DNA from: Eledone cirrhosa
Taxonomy: Eukaryota
Length of the DNA: 64,000 nt
Direction: 5' to 3'
Assembly (NCBI GenBank): GCA_964016885.1
Contig: OZ024764.1
Location: 5,642,001 to 5,706,000, forward strand
Part shown: one piece after another, positions 11,331 through 24,400 of the stretch
Layout of the letters: the number at the start of each line of letters is the position of its first letter
Numbering within the stretch: position 1 is the stretch's first letter
Program-made: the position numbers and the translations under genes
Notes under the pieces: model-generated
What the model saw: the letters and a program-made list of their open reading frames with translations, nothing else
Database searches by the model: none
Told to the model about the DNA's origin: nothing

Positions 11331-12077
11331 AAGAAATACTGAAGTTTCACATGGAGTGTGACAAGACTGACTCAATTACAGGTACAGACATACACTTAGG
11401 TGTATAGAATTAAATGTATGACATTACAAGACGGAAGATAAGACTTCCCCCATCGAGAAAGTCAAATGGGAGAAAGAGGGTTTAAAACATAGATGGTGAA
11501 CAGCTGGACTTATTGCGTGTACCTCGTAAAGTTTGCAAGAGATGGGCAGCTTTTGGAAAAGTCTCGCAAGTCAACAATCGAAACTACCATGTTCGATTGC
11601 TGTTAGTGAGTTAGATCTTGAGAGGAAGATAACCACACAGTGATAGGGAGAAATAGTCGACAGAAGGATTTGATAAAGACACTGGAACTACCCCAGGAAG
11701 AAGTAGGAACAATTTTCAAACTATACTAGATATATATTTATTAATAAAAAAAATGTTAAATTTTATTATATCCGCAATGTATTGAAACATGTGAGTGTGT
11801 ATCTCATTAAGAATACATTAACAAGAGAAGAACTAGGTAGGTGTAAATAGTAGATCATACGAAGGAGACTAAGAGGGAAAGATTTACAAAAATATCTCAA
11901 CATAATATAAAAATCTACGTTACCTTTCAGAAAGCTGCTATTGTCCATTGCTAAACCATTTAGCAAGAGTTTCTGTAAAGCTTGTAACATTCTACAAACT
12001 AACGGCCATTTTTTTTCTTGTTTTGGATGGAGTTGAATGCGCGAGATTTAGAAATCCAGTGCGCATGTTCCAAGTAT

Positions 12078-12248
12078 CCTGGCCATGCTACAGCACCAGC
12101 TAAACAGCCTGACCATACTACAGCATTATCTAAACAGCCTGGCCATACTACAGCATTATCTAAACATCCTCACCATACTACAGCATTATCTAAACAGCCT
12201 GGCCATACTACAGCATTATCTAAACAGCCTGGCCATGCTACAGCACTA
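12078..12248. repeat. 30-bp minisatellite (~6 copies)
   Basis: cctggccatactacagcattatctaaacag in tandem; diverged relatives at 13490-13610. Confidence 0.9.
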
Positions 12249-12539
12249 GAAGTTAATCTATAATTATGAACATACGTAATTCTCAGGGAGATTCAACGTT
12301 ATAAGACTGGCCATTTGAATTACAGATGACAGACTTCTATACAGTCTCTGTCTACCCAGTTTCAAATGGGATGTGATCGAACCTGGGACTTAATGATGGC
12401 AAAATAAACTCACAAGTTAGTCGATATCGATCTTTACAAACACTGATCGACAGTTAACCAATGATGGACATACAGAGGAAGAAAGTGATCGGAAAACTGA
12501 AATGAATTTACAATTGTTTTAGTTTTAACGGCCAGTATA

Positions 12540-12670
12540 ATTCAGCTGAACATGTGTACCAGTAATAGGTGGGGGTTAACCCTGTGATGGACTGTTGGCC
12601 TGTCCAGGGGGGAGTCTTGTACTCTCATTCGCTTTACACTATAAGCTTCTGGGCTCGCGATAGACCAGAT
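12540..12670 (+). mobile_element. fragment of the second SINE family (3' part)
   Basis: gggggttaaccctgtgatggactg..cctgtccaggggggagtcttgtactctc. Confidence 0.55.
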
Positions 12671-12754
12671 AACTTCAACTTCCTTCTCCACGTACTTTGG
12701 GGATGTAAGGCAACAAGACAATCACTGATTAACTAACAATATTAAATTGTGATT

Positions 12755-12970
12755 GGGCGGTGGTTGGCAGTATCGGTAGAGAGTCGGACGCCATGCTTTG
12801 CAGTAAAGAGTTACGGCCCTTTATGATCTGAGTTCAAATCCCGCCGAGGTGAACTTTACCTTTCATCCTCACGGGGGTCGATAAAATAAAGTAACAGTTA
12901 CGCACTGGGGTCGATTTAATCGAATTTCCCCTCCCCCAAAATCGTTGGCCTTGTGCCTATATAAGAAACC
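12755..12970 (+). mobile_element. full-length octopod-type tRNA-derived SINE with 18-bp TSD
   Basis: A-box-like tggcagtatcgg, B-box gagttcaaatccc; TSD caatattaaattgtgatt at 12737-12754 and 12970-12987. Confidence 0.9.
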
Positions 12971-13188
12971 AATATTAAATTGTGATTACAGTTTTAGAAA
13001 ATATTTACCACTGCTGAAGAATTGAATCAACAATTTACGGTCTTTGATCTCAATCTTGAAAGAAACATTTAAATCCACCGAAATATTTGCTAAAGACAAC
13101 AGAGCTGCTACAGGGAAAACTAGGAAGAGTTTTAAAACAAAATACACTAAATATATTTTTGTGAATAAAAAAGAAACATGTTGAATTT

Positions 13189-13363
13189 TATCGGTAGAAG
13201 GTAAGACGTCAGGCTTTTCAGCATAGAGTCACGTCCCTTTACGGTTCGAGTTCAAATCCCGCCAAGGTTAACTTTGCCTTTCATCCTTTCGGGGTCGATA
13301 AAATAAAGTACCAGTAATGTACTGGGATAATTGCTGGCCTTGTGCCAAAAGTAGAAACAATTA
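13189..13363 (+). mobile_element. octopod-type SINE
   Basis: ggttcgagttcaaatcccgccaaggttaactttgcctttcatcctttcggggtcgataaaataaagtaccag..agaaacaatt. Confidence 0.85.
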
Positions 13364-13738
13364 TTAAATCCCTACATTTTATTGTTTATTTTCAACATGA
13401 ATTGGAACACGTGGTCTGTGTATTTCATTAGAAATACGGAAGAGAAAGACTGTTAAAATGGTTGATAATGAAGGGAACTAAGAAGGAAAGCATTATCTAA
13501 ACAGTATGGCCATGCTACAGCACCATCTAAGAAGCTTGACCATGTTTCAGCCCCATCTAAAGAGCAAGGCTACAGCACAGCAAAAAGAGACAGGCCATGC
13601 TACAGCACATTTGGTATTATAGCAGGCTCATTTTTATATAGAATGACCTGAAATTAGTCAGAATTGTAAAGGGGCATAACTTCTTGAGACTAAAATATCT
13701 CATTTTGGATTTGTATGAGTGACTGAGCAGGTTTCAAG

Positions 13739-14025
13739 ATGGCCGTCCCCTTGGAAGTCCGTCAGAAGCAAAGAACAGTAATTGAATCCATCGTTGCTGA
13801 AGGAGAAACCCCTGTTAACATTCACAAGGGGGGGAAACATATTTATAAAGGTGAACTTGAGTAAATTGGACAATCGATGGAATGGCGTCACCCAACGTCT
13901 CCAAAAACCCAAAAGTTCAAGCTGGAAAAATCAAGGCGGTTGTCTTTTGGGATATTCAAGGAATGATTCTTATTGATTTCTTGCCAAGAGGAGAAACAAT
14001 TAACTCTGAAGTATATATTGAGGCA
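13739..14025 (+). mobile_element. mariner-type transposase pseudogene, internally deleted
   Basis: N-terminus MAVPLEVRQKQRTVIESIVAEGETPVNIHK joined to QSMEWRHPTSPKP and AGKIKAVVFWDIQGMILIDFLPRGETINSEVYIEAL. Confidence 0.85.
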
Positions 14026-14195
14026 CTTCTTGTTGTGTCCACAAGAGTGTCAGTTACAGAGCTTGGTTAGATGTGGTTCCACCACAGCTGAACACATTGC
14101 TGTCCTTTCTCATTAAACTCTGCCAAGTCCAATACTGTCCAGGGGTGTTCCAGCAGCGGACATATCAGGAGGTGCTGCGTAGTCTGTGGTTCAAT
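14026..14195 (-). mobile_element. 3' end of a Vingi/Ingi-like LINE
   Basis: Minus frame EPQTTQHLLICPLLEHPWTVLDLAEFNEKGQQCVQLWWEPHI*, followed by a ggacacaacaagaag tail. Confidence 0.6.
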
Positions 14196-14209
14196 GTTGC
14201 AGTCACACA

Positions 14210-15095
14210 CAACGTCCCCATCCTTTAAATATACTTATTTTGCAAGATTGACTTTTGCATGTCCAACATCAGGTCTTAATCTGTTGAGACATGTTCATAC
14301 CAACGCAGTCTTCTCTCCCATACACTACAGTTTACCCTCTTATACACAGTTTCTTTCTCAACACATCCATGCTTGGTCATTCACGCACATTGACACTGCA
14401 CATCCAACCAAGCATACTTGCTTCATTTCTCTCCAGCCGTCGCATATACTCTGCAGTTGCTGCCCATGTCTCACTACCATGCAGCATCGCGCATCTCACA
14501 CAGATATCATATAACCGGCCTTTTGTATGCAGGGAGAAACCCTTCATTGTCAACAGAGGAAGCAACTCCCTAAACGTCTTCCAGCCCGTCCTTATTCTGG
14601 AAACTATGGCCTCTGAAAACCCTCCTCCCTTACTAATCTGATTACCTAGGTACTGGAAGCTATCAACCACCTCTATAGATCCTACCAGCATTTGAAAAAT
14701 GTGTCTATCACTGACACTTCTACTATCAAATTTCCCTGTACATCTACTGCATATGTAGTTTTCCCTACCTGTTAGTTTGCCTGCTATCCCACTACATCTC
14801 TTGTGTACCCAAGATCTACATTGTGTACATTTTATAGAATTTATGCCAGTTCCTTTTCTACATATGGAACATAGCCATTTATCTGATGGATTCAGAGTTT
14901 TGTCCTCTTTTCTACTTATCAACACTTTAGTCTTAGCTAGGTTCACTCTCAGTCCTCTTGATTCCAACTGCTGTTTCCATAGCCAGAATTTATTCTCTAG
15001 CTCCTCTACTGATTCTGCTAAAAGTACAAGATCATCAGCATAGAGAAGTTCCCATGGACAGCCAGTCTTAAACTCCTGTTATAGCTTGGAGGACC
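14210..15095 (-). mobile_element. RTE LINE fragment (RT C-terminal half, same Cys-insert group as 3034-4583)
   Basis: GCPWELLYADD, ORF 14377-14967 with CSICRKG..CTQC..WVHKRC..CSRC and AMLHGSETW, then LRWY near 14300. Confidence 0.95.
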
Positions 15096-15096
15096 G

Positions 15097-15280
15097 AGTG
15101 TGTTTATGTATGACTGTGTGGGTGTGTATATATGTTTTTGTGGGAGTGTATTTATCTATGAGTGAGTGTGTTTTAATCTGTGTGTTCGTAGTAACGTGTG
15201 GGATAACGTTTATGTATGACCGTGTGTGTGTTTGTGTAGATTATAAGTGAGTATAAGCATGCGTATCTCTGTGTATTGGT
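15097..15280. repeat. degenerate (TG)n microsatellite
   Basis: TG-rich low-complexity tract. Confidence 0.8.
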
Positions 15281-15414
15281 GGAGGTGGGGTGGACCAACT
15301 TAGAAGAGATATTCAAAATCTATATTCCCAAGTTTCTGTTGGATTTCAGAAAGAATATGATCGCGAATACAAGGGGCCATAGAGGGTTCCTTTGAAATAA
15401 GCTTAATGCTACCT

Positions 15415-15464
15415 GATACAGTAGCTCAACTGAGCTCACCGATCTCAAGGGTGAGCTTCACACG
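15415..15464 (+). mobile_element. left remnant of the parent RTE LINE of the large satellite
   Basis: In frame with the first monomer: YSSSTELTDLKGELHT-WYGHVE, resembling RTE 'SS.EL..L...DL...L..RRLRWYGHV' with deletions. Confidence 0.55.
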
Positions 15465-18400
15465 TGGTATGGCCATGTAGAGTGTAGTGAGGGCTGGATT
15501 AGCAAAGTGATGTCAACCCAAGAGTCAGTAGAGGCCCAGGAAGACACTGGTATGGCCATGTTGAGTGTAGTGAGGGCTGGATTAGCAAAGTGATGTCAAC
15601 CCAAGTAATTAGAGGCCCAGGAAGACACTGGTATGGCCATGTTGAGTGTAGTGAGGGCTGGATTAGCAAAGTGATGTCAACCCAAGTAATTAGAGGCCCA
15701 GGAAGACACTGGTATGGCCATGTTGAGTGTAGTGAGGGCTGGATTAGCAAAGTGATGTCAACCCAAGAGTCAGTAGAGGCCCAAGAAGACACTGGTATGG
15801 CCATGTTGAGTGTAGTGAGGGCTGGATTAGCAAAGTGATGTCAACCCAAGTAATTAGAGGCCCAGGAAGACACTGGTATGGCCATGTTGAGTGTAGTGAG
15901 GGCTGGATTAGCAAAGTGATGTCAACCCAAGTAATTAGAGGCCCAGGAAGACACTGGTATGGCCATGTTGAGTGTAGTGAGGATTGGATTAGCAAAGTGA
16001 TGTCAACCCAAGAGTCAGTAGAGGCCCAAGAAGACACTGGTATGGCCATGTTGAGTGTAGTGAGGGCTGGATTAGCAAAGTGATGTCAACCCAAGTAATT
16101 AAAGGCCCAAGAAGACACTGTTATGGCCATGTTGAGTGTAGTGAGGGCTGGATTAGCAAAGTGATGTCAATCCAAGTAATTAGAGGCCCAAGAAGACACT
16201 GGTATGGCCATGTTGAGTGTAGTGAGGGCTGGATTAGCAAAGTGATGTCAACCCAAGTAATTAAAGGCCCAAGAAGACACTGGTATGGCCATGTTGAGTG
16301 TACTGAGGGCTGGATTAGCAAAGTGATGTCAATCCAAGTAATTAGAGGCCCAAGAAGACACTGGTGTGGCCATGTTGAGTGTAGTGAGGATTGGATTAGC
16401 AAAGTGATGTCAACCCAAGAGTCAGTAGAGGCCCAAGAAGACACTGGTATGGCTATGTTGAGTGTAGTGAGGATTGGATTAGCAAAGTGATGTCAACCCA
16501 GGAGTCAGTAGAGGCCCAAGAAGACACTGGTATGGCCATGTTGAGTGTAGTGAGGATTGGATTAGCAAAGTGATGTCAACCCAAGAGTCAGTAGAGGCCC
16601 AAGAAGACACTGGTATGGCCATGTTGAGTGTAGTGAGGGCTGGATTAGCAAAGTGATGTCAACCCAGGAGTCAGTAGAGGCCCAAGAAGACACTGGTATG
16701 GCCATGTTGAGTGTAGTGAGGGCTGGATTAACAAAGTGATGTCAACCCAGGAGTCAGTAGAGGCCCAAGAAGACACTGGTATGGCCATGTTGAGTGTAGT
16801 GAGGGCTGGATTAGCAAAGTGATGTTAACCCAGGAGTCAGTAGAGGCCCAAGAAGACACTGGTATGGCCATGTTGAGTGTAGTGATGGCTGGATTAGCAA
16901 AGTGATGTCAACCCAAGTAATCAGAGGCCCAAGAAGACACTGGTATGGCCATGTTGAGTGTAGTGAGGGCTGGATTAGCAAAGTGATGTCAATCCAAGAG
17001 TCAGTAGAGGCCCAAGAAGACACTGGTATGGCCATGTTGAGTGTAGTGAGGGCTGGATTAGCAAAGTGATGTCAACCCAAGAGTCAGTAGAGGCCCAACA
17101 AGACACTGGTATGGCCATGTTGAGTGTAGTGAGGGCTGGATTAGCAAAGTGATGTCAACCCAAGTAATTAGAGGCCCAAGAAGACACTGGTATGGCCATG
17201 TTGAGTGTAGTGAGGATTGGATTAGCAAAGTGATGTCAATCCAAGTAATTAGAGGCCCAAGAAGACACTGGTATGGCCATGTTGAGTGTAGTGATGGCTG
17301 GATTAGCAAAGTGATGTCAACCCAAGAGTCAGTAGAGGCCCAAGAAGACACTGGTGTGGCCATGTTGAGTGTAGTGAGGATTGGATTAGCAAAGTGATGT
17401 CAACCCAAGAGTCAGTAGAGGCCCAAGAAGACACTGGTATGGCCATGTTGAGTGTAGTGAGGGCTGGATTAGCAAAGTGATGTCAACTCAAGAGTCAGTA
17501 GAGGCCCAAGAAGACACTGGTATGGCCATGTTGAGTGTAGTGAGGGCTGGATTAGCAAAGTGATGTCAACCCAAGAGTCAGTAGAGGCCCAAGAAGACAC
17601 TGGTATGGCCATGTTGAGTGTAGTGAGGGCTGGATTAGCAAAGTGATGTCAACCCAAGTAATTAGAGGCCCAAGAAGACACTGGTATGGCCATGTTGAGT
17701 GTAGTGAGGATTGGATTAGCAAAGTGATGTCAACCCAAGAGTCAGTAGAGGCCCAAGAAGACACTGGTATGGCCATGTTGAGTGTAGTGAGGGCTGGATT
17801 AGCAAAGTGATGTTAACCCAAGTAATCAGAGGCCCAAGAAGACACTGGTATGGCCATGTTGAGTGTAGTGAGGGCTGGATTAGCAAAGTGATGTCAACCC
17901 AAGTAATCAGAGGCCCAAGAAGACACTGGTATGGCCATGTTGAGTGTAGTGATGGCTGGATTAGCAAAGTGATGTCAACCCAAGTAATCAGAGGCCCAAG
18001 AAGACACTGGTATGGCCATGTTGAGTGTAGTGAGGGCTGGATTAGCAAAGTGATGTCAATCCAAGAGTCAGTAGAGGCCCAAGAAGACACTGGTATGGCC
18101 ATGTTGAGTGTAGTGAGGGCTGGATTAGCAAAGTGATGTCAACCCAAGTAATTAGAGGCCCAAGAAGACACTGGTATGGCCATGTTGAGTGTAGTGAGGA
18201 TTGGATTAGCAAAGTGATGTCAATCCAAGTAATTAGAGGCCCAAGAAGACACTGGTATGGCCATGTTGAGTGTAGTGATGGCTGGATTAGCAAAGTGATG
18301 TCAACCCAAGAGTCAGTAGAGGCCCAAGAAGACACTGGTGTGGCCATGTTGAGTGTAGTGAGGATTGGATTAGCAAAGTGATGTCAACCCAAGAGTCAGT

Positions 18401-21400
18401 AGAGGCCCAAGAAGACACTGGTATAGCCATGTTGAGTGTAGTGAGGGCTGGATTAGCAAAGTGATGTCAACTCAAGAGTCAGTAGAGGCCCAAGAAGACA
18501 CTGGTATGGCCATGTTGAGTGTAGTGAGGGCTGGATTAGCAAAGTGATGTCAATCCAAGAGTCAGTAGAGGCCCAAGAAGACACTGGTATGGCCATGTTG
18601 AGTGTAATGAGGATTGGATTAGCAAAGTGATGTCAATCCAAGAGTCAGTAGAGGCCCAAGAAGACACTGGTGTGGCCATGTTGAGTGTAGTGAGGGCTGG
18701 ATTAGCAAAGTGATGTCAACCCAAGTAATTAGAGGCCCAAGAAGACACTGGTATGGCCATGTTGAGTGTAGTGAGGATTGGATTAGCAAAGTGATGTCAA
18801 CCCAAGAGTCAGTAGAGGCCCAAGAAGACACTGGTATGGCCATGTTGAGTGTAGTGTGGGCTGGATTAGCAAAGTGATGTCAATCCAAGAGTCAGTAGAG
18901 GCCCAAGAAGACACTGGTATGGCCATGTTGAGTGTGGTGAGGGCTGGATTAGCAAAGTGATGTCAATCCAAGAGTCAGTAGAGGCCCAAGAAGACACTGG
19001 TATGGCCATGTTGAGTGTAGTGAGGATTGGATTAGCAAAGTGATGTCAATCCAAGAGTCAGTAGAGGCCCAAGAAGACACTGGTATGGCCATGTTGAGTG
19101 TAGTGAGCATTGGATTAGCAAAGTGATGTCAACCCAGGAGTCAGTAGAGGCCCAAGAAGACACTGGTATAGCCATGTTGAGTGTAGTGAGGATTGGATTA
19201 GCAAAGTGATGTCAACCCAGGAGTCAGTAGAGGCCCAAGAAGACACTGGTATGGCCATGTTGAGTGTAGTGAGGATTGGATTAGCAAAGTGATATCAATC
19301 CAAGTAATTAGAGGCCCAAGAAGACACTGGTATGGCCATGTTGAGTGTAGTGAGGATTGGATTAGCAAAGTGATGTCAACCCAGGAGTCAGTAGAGGCCC
19401 AAGAAGACACTGGTATGGCCATGTTGAGTCTAATGAGGATTGGATTAGCAAAGTCATGTCAACCCAGGAGTCAGTAGAGGCCCAAGAAGACACTGGTATG
19501 GCCATGTTGAGTGTAGTGAGGGCTGGATTAGAAAAGTGATGTCAACCCAAGTAATTAAAGGCCCAAGAAGACACTGGTATGGCCATGTTGAGTGTAGTGA
19601 GGGCTGGATTAGCAAAGTGATGTCAACCCAAGAGTCAGTAGAGGCCCAAGAAGACACTGGTATGGCCATGTTGAGTGTAGTGAGGGCTGGATTATCAAAG
19701 TGATGTCAACCCAAGAGTCAGTAGAGGCCCAAGAAGACACTGGTATGGCCATGTTGAGTGTAGTGATGGCTGGATTAGCAAAGTGATGTCAACCCAGGAG
19801 TCAGTAGAGGCCCAAGAAGACACTGGTATGGCCATGTTGAGTGTAGTGAGGGCTGGATTAGCAAAGTGATGTCAACCCAAGTAATTAGAGGCCCAAGAAG
19901 ACACTGGTATGGCCATGTTGAGTGTAGTGAGGATTGGATTAGCAAAGTGATGTCAATCCAAGTAATTAGAGGCCCAAGAAGACACTGGTATGGCCATGTT
20001 GAGTGTAGTGATGGCTGGATTAGCAAAGTGATGTCAACCCAAGAGTCAGTAGAGGCCCAAGAAGACACTGGTGTGGCCATGTTGAGTGTAGTGAGGATTG
20101 GATTAGCAAAGTGATGTCAACCCAAGAGTCAGTAGAGGCCCAAGAAGACACTGGTATAGCCATGTTGAGTGTAGTGAGGGCTGGATTAGCAAAGTGATGT
20201 CAACTCAAGAGTCAGTAGAGGCCCAAGAAGACACTGGTATGGCCATGTTGAGTGTAGTGAGGGCTGGATTAGCAAAGTGATGTCAACCCAAGAGTCAGTA
20301 GAGGCCCAAGAAGACACTGGTATGGCCATGTTGAGTGTAGTGAGGGCTGGATTAGCAAAGTGATGTCAACCCAGGAGTCAGTAGAGGCCCAAGAAGACAC
20401 TGGTATGGCCATGTTGTGTGTAGTGAGTGCTGGATTAGCAAAGTGATGTCAACCCAAGTAATTAGAGGCCCAAGAAGACACTGGTATGGCCATGTTGAGT
20501 GTAGTGAGGATTGGATTAGCAAAGTGATGTCAACCCAAGAGTCAGTAGAGGCCCAAGAAGACACTGGTATGGCCATGTTGAGTGTAGTGAGGGCTGGATT
20601 AGCAAAGTGATGTCAACCCAAGTAATTAGAGGCCCAAGAAGACACTGGTATGGCCATGTTGAGTGTTGTGAGGGCTGGATTAGCAAAGGGATGTCAACCC
20701 AGGAGTCAGTAGAGGCCCAAGAAGACACTGGTATGGCCATGTTGAGTGTAGTGAGGGCTGGATTAGCAAAGTGATGTCAACCCAGGAGTCAGTAGAGGCC
20801 CAAGAAGACACTGGTATGGCCATGTTGAGTGTAGTGAGGGCTGGATTAGCAAAGTGATGTCAACCCAGGAGTCAGTAGAGGCCCAAGAAGACACTGGTAT
20901 GGCCTTGTTGAGTGTAATGAGGGCTGGATTAGCAAAGTGATGTCAACCCAAGTAATTAGAGGCCCAAGAAGACACTGGTATGGCCATGTTGAGTGTTGTG
21001 AGGGCTGGATTAGCAAAGGGATGTCAACCCAAGTAATTAGAGGCCCAAGAAGACACTGGTATGGCAATGTTGAGTGTTGTGAGGGCTGGATTAGCAAAGT
21101 GATGTCAACCCAAGTAATTAGAGGCCCAAGAAGACACTGGTATGGCCATGTTGAGTGTAATGAGGATTGGATTAGCAAAGTGATGTCAATCCAAGAGTCA
21201 GTAGAGGCCCAAGAAGACACTGGTGTGGCCATGTTGAGTGTAGTGAGGGCTGGATTAGCAAAGTGATGTCAACCCAAGTAATTAGAGGCCCAAGAAGACA
21301 CTGGTATGGCCATGTTGAGTGTAGTGAGGATTGGATTAGCAAAGTGATGTCAACCCAAGAGTCAGTAGAGGCCCAAGAAGACACTGGTATGGCCATGTTG

Positions 21401-24400
21401 AGTGTAGTGTGGGCTGGATTAGCAAAGTGATGTCAATCCAAGAGTCAGTAGAGGCCCAAGAAGACACTGGTATGGCCATGTTGAGTGTGGTGAGGGCTGG
21501 ATTAGCAAAGTGATGTCAATCCAAGAGTCAGTAGAGGCCCAAGAAGACACTGGTATGGCCATGTTGAGTGTGGTGAGGGCTGGATTAGCAAAGTGATGTC
21601 AATCCAAGAGTCAGTAGAGGCCCAAGAAGACACTGGTATGGCCATGTTGAGTGTAGTGAGGATTGGATTAGCAAAGTGATGTCAATCCAAGAGTCAGTAG
21701 AGGCCCAAGAAGACACTGGTATGGCCATGTTGAGTGTAGTGAGCATTGGATTAGCAAAGTGATGTCAACCCAGGAGTCAGTAGAGGCCCAAGAAGACACT
21801 GGTATAGCCATGTTGAGTGTAGTGAGGATTGGATTAGCAAAGTGATGTCAACCCAGGAGTCAGTAGAGGCCCAAGAAGACACTGGTATGGCCATGTTGAG
21901 TGTAGTGAGGATTGGATTAGCAAAGTGATATCAATCCAAGTAATTAGAGGCCCAAGAAGACACTGGTATGGCCATGTTGAGTGTAGTGAGGATTGGATTA
22001 GCAAAGTGATGTCAACCCAGGAGTCAGTAGAGGCCCAAGAAGACACTGGTATGGCCATGTTGAGTGTAGTGAGGATTGGATTAGCAAAGTGATATCAATC
22101 CAAGTAATTAGAGGCCCAAGAAGACACTGGTATGGCCATGTTGAGTGTAGTGAGGATTGGATTAGCAAAGTGATGTCAACCCAGGAGTCAGTAGAGGCCC
22201 AAGAAGACACTGGTATGGCCATGTTGAGTGTAGTGAGGATTGGATTAGCAAAGTGATGTCAACCCAGGAGTCAGTAGAGGCCCAAGAAGACACTGGTATG
22301 GCCATGTTGAGTGTAGTGAGGATTGGATTAGCAAAGTGATGTCAACCCAGGAGTCAGTAGAGGCCCAAGAAGACACTGGTATGGCCATGTTGAGTCTAAT
22401 GAGGATTGGATTAGCAAAGTCATGTCAACCCAGGAGTCAGTAGAGGCCCAAGAAGACACTGGTATGGCCATGTTGAGTGTAGTGAGGGCTGGATTAGAAA
22501 AGTGATGTCAACCCAAGTAATTAAAGGCCCAAGAAGACACTGGTATGGCCATGTTGAGTGTAGTGAGGGCTGGTTTAGCAAAGTGATGTCAACCCAAGAG
22601 TCAGTAGAGGCCCAAGAAGACACTGGTATGGCCATGTTGAGTGTGGTGAGGGCTGGATTATCAAAGTGATGTCAACCCAAGAGTCAGTAGAGGCCCAAGA
22701 AGACACTGGTATGGCCATGTTGAGTGTAGTGATGGCTGGATTAGCAAAGTGATGTCAACCCAGGAGTCAGTAGAGGCCCAAGAAGACACTGGTATGGCCA
22801 TGTTGAGTGTAGTGAGGGCTGGATTAGCAAAGTGATGTCAACCCAAGTAATTAGAGGCCCAAGAAGACACTGGTATGGCCATGTTGAGTGTAGTGAGGAT
22901 TGGATTAGCAAAGTGATGTCAATCCAAGTATTTAGAGGCCCAAGAAGACACTGGTATGGCCATGTTGAGTGTAGTGATGGCTGGATTAGCAAAGTGATGT
23001 CAACCCAAGAGTCAGTAGAGGCCCAAGAAGACACTGGTGTGGCCATGTTGAGTGTAGTGAGGATTGGATTAGCAAAGTGATGTCAACCCAAGAGTCAGTA
23101 GAGGCCCAAGAAGACACTGGTATAGCCATGTTGAGTGTAGTGAGGGCTGGATTAGCAAAGTGATGTCAACTCAAGAGTCAGTAGAGGCCCAAGAAGACAC
23201 TGGTATGGCCATGTTGAGTGTAGTGAGGGCTGGATTAGCAAAGTGATGTCAACCCAAGAGTCAGTAGAGGCCCAAGAAGACACTGGTATGGCCATGTTGA
23301 GTGTAGTGAGGGCTGGATTAGCAAAGTGATGTCAACCCAGGAGTCAGTAGAGGCCCAAGAAGACACTGGTATGGCCATGTTGTGTGTAGTGAGTGCTGGA
23401 TTAGCAAAGTGATGTCAACCCAAGTAATTAGAGGCCCAAGAAGACACTGGTATGGCCATGTTGAGTGTAGTGAGGATTGGATTAGCAAAGTGATGTCAAC
23501 CCAAGAGTCAGTAGAGGCCCAAGAAGACACTGGTATGGCCATGTTGAGTGTAGTGAGGGCTGGATTAGCAAAGTGATGTCAACCCAAGTAATTAGAGGCC
23601 CAAGAAGACACTGGTATGGCCATGTTGAGTGTTGTGAGGGCTGGATTAGCAAAGGGATGTCAACCCAGGAGTCAGTAGAGGCCCAAGAAGACACTGGTAT
23701 GGCCATGTTGAGTGTAGTGAGGGCTGGATTAGCAAAGTGATGTCAACCCAGGAGTCAGTAGAGGCCCAAGAAGACACTGGTATGGCCATGTTGAGTGTAG
23801 TGAGGGCTGGATTAGCAAAGTGATGTCAACCCAGGAGTCAGTAGAGGCCCAAGAAGACACTGGTATGGCCATGTTGAGTGTAGTGAGGGCTGGATTAGCA
23901 AAGTGATGTCAACCCAAGTAATTAGAGGCCCAAGAAGACACTGGTATGGCCATGTTGAGTGTTGTGAGGGCTGGATTAGCAAAGGGATGTCAACCCAAGT
24001 AATTAGAGGCCCAAGAAGACACTGGTATGGCAATGTTGAGTGTTGTGAGGGCTGGATTAGCAAAGTGATGTCAACCCAAGTAATTAGAGGCCCAAGAAGA
24101 CACTGGTATGGCCATGTTGAGTGTAATGAGGATTGGATTAGCAAAGTGATGTCAACCCAAGAGTCAGTAGAGGCCCAAGAAGACACTGGTATGGCCATGT
24201 TGAGTGTAGTGAGGGCTGGATTAGCAAAGTGATGTCAACCCAGGAGTCAGTAGAGGCCCAAGAAGACACTGGTATGGCCATGTTGAGTGTAGTGAGGGCT
24301 GGATTAGCAAAGTGATGTCAACCCAGGAGTCAGTAGAGGCCCAAGAAGACACTGGTATGGCCATGTTGAGTGTAGTGAGGGCTGGATTAGCAAAGTGATG

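Noticed and set aside
11460-11520. RTE fragment (WEKEGL/IDGEQLDLLR)
   Set aside because: Too short and frameshifted to call with confidence
12755-12850. tRNA gene
   Set aside because: A/B boxes belong to a multi-copy SINE with a TSD; no cloverleaf
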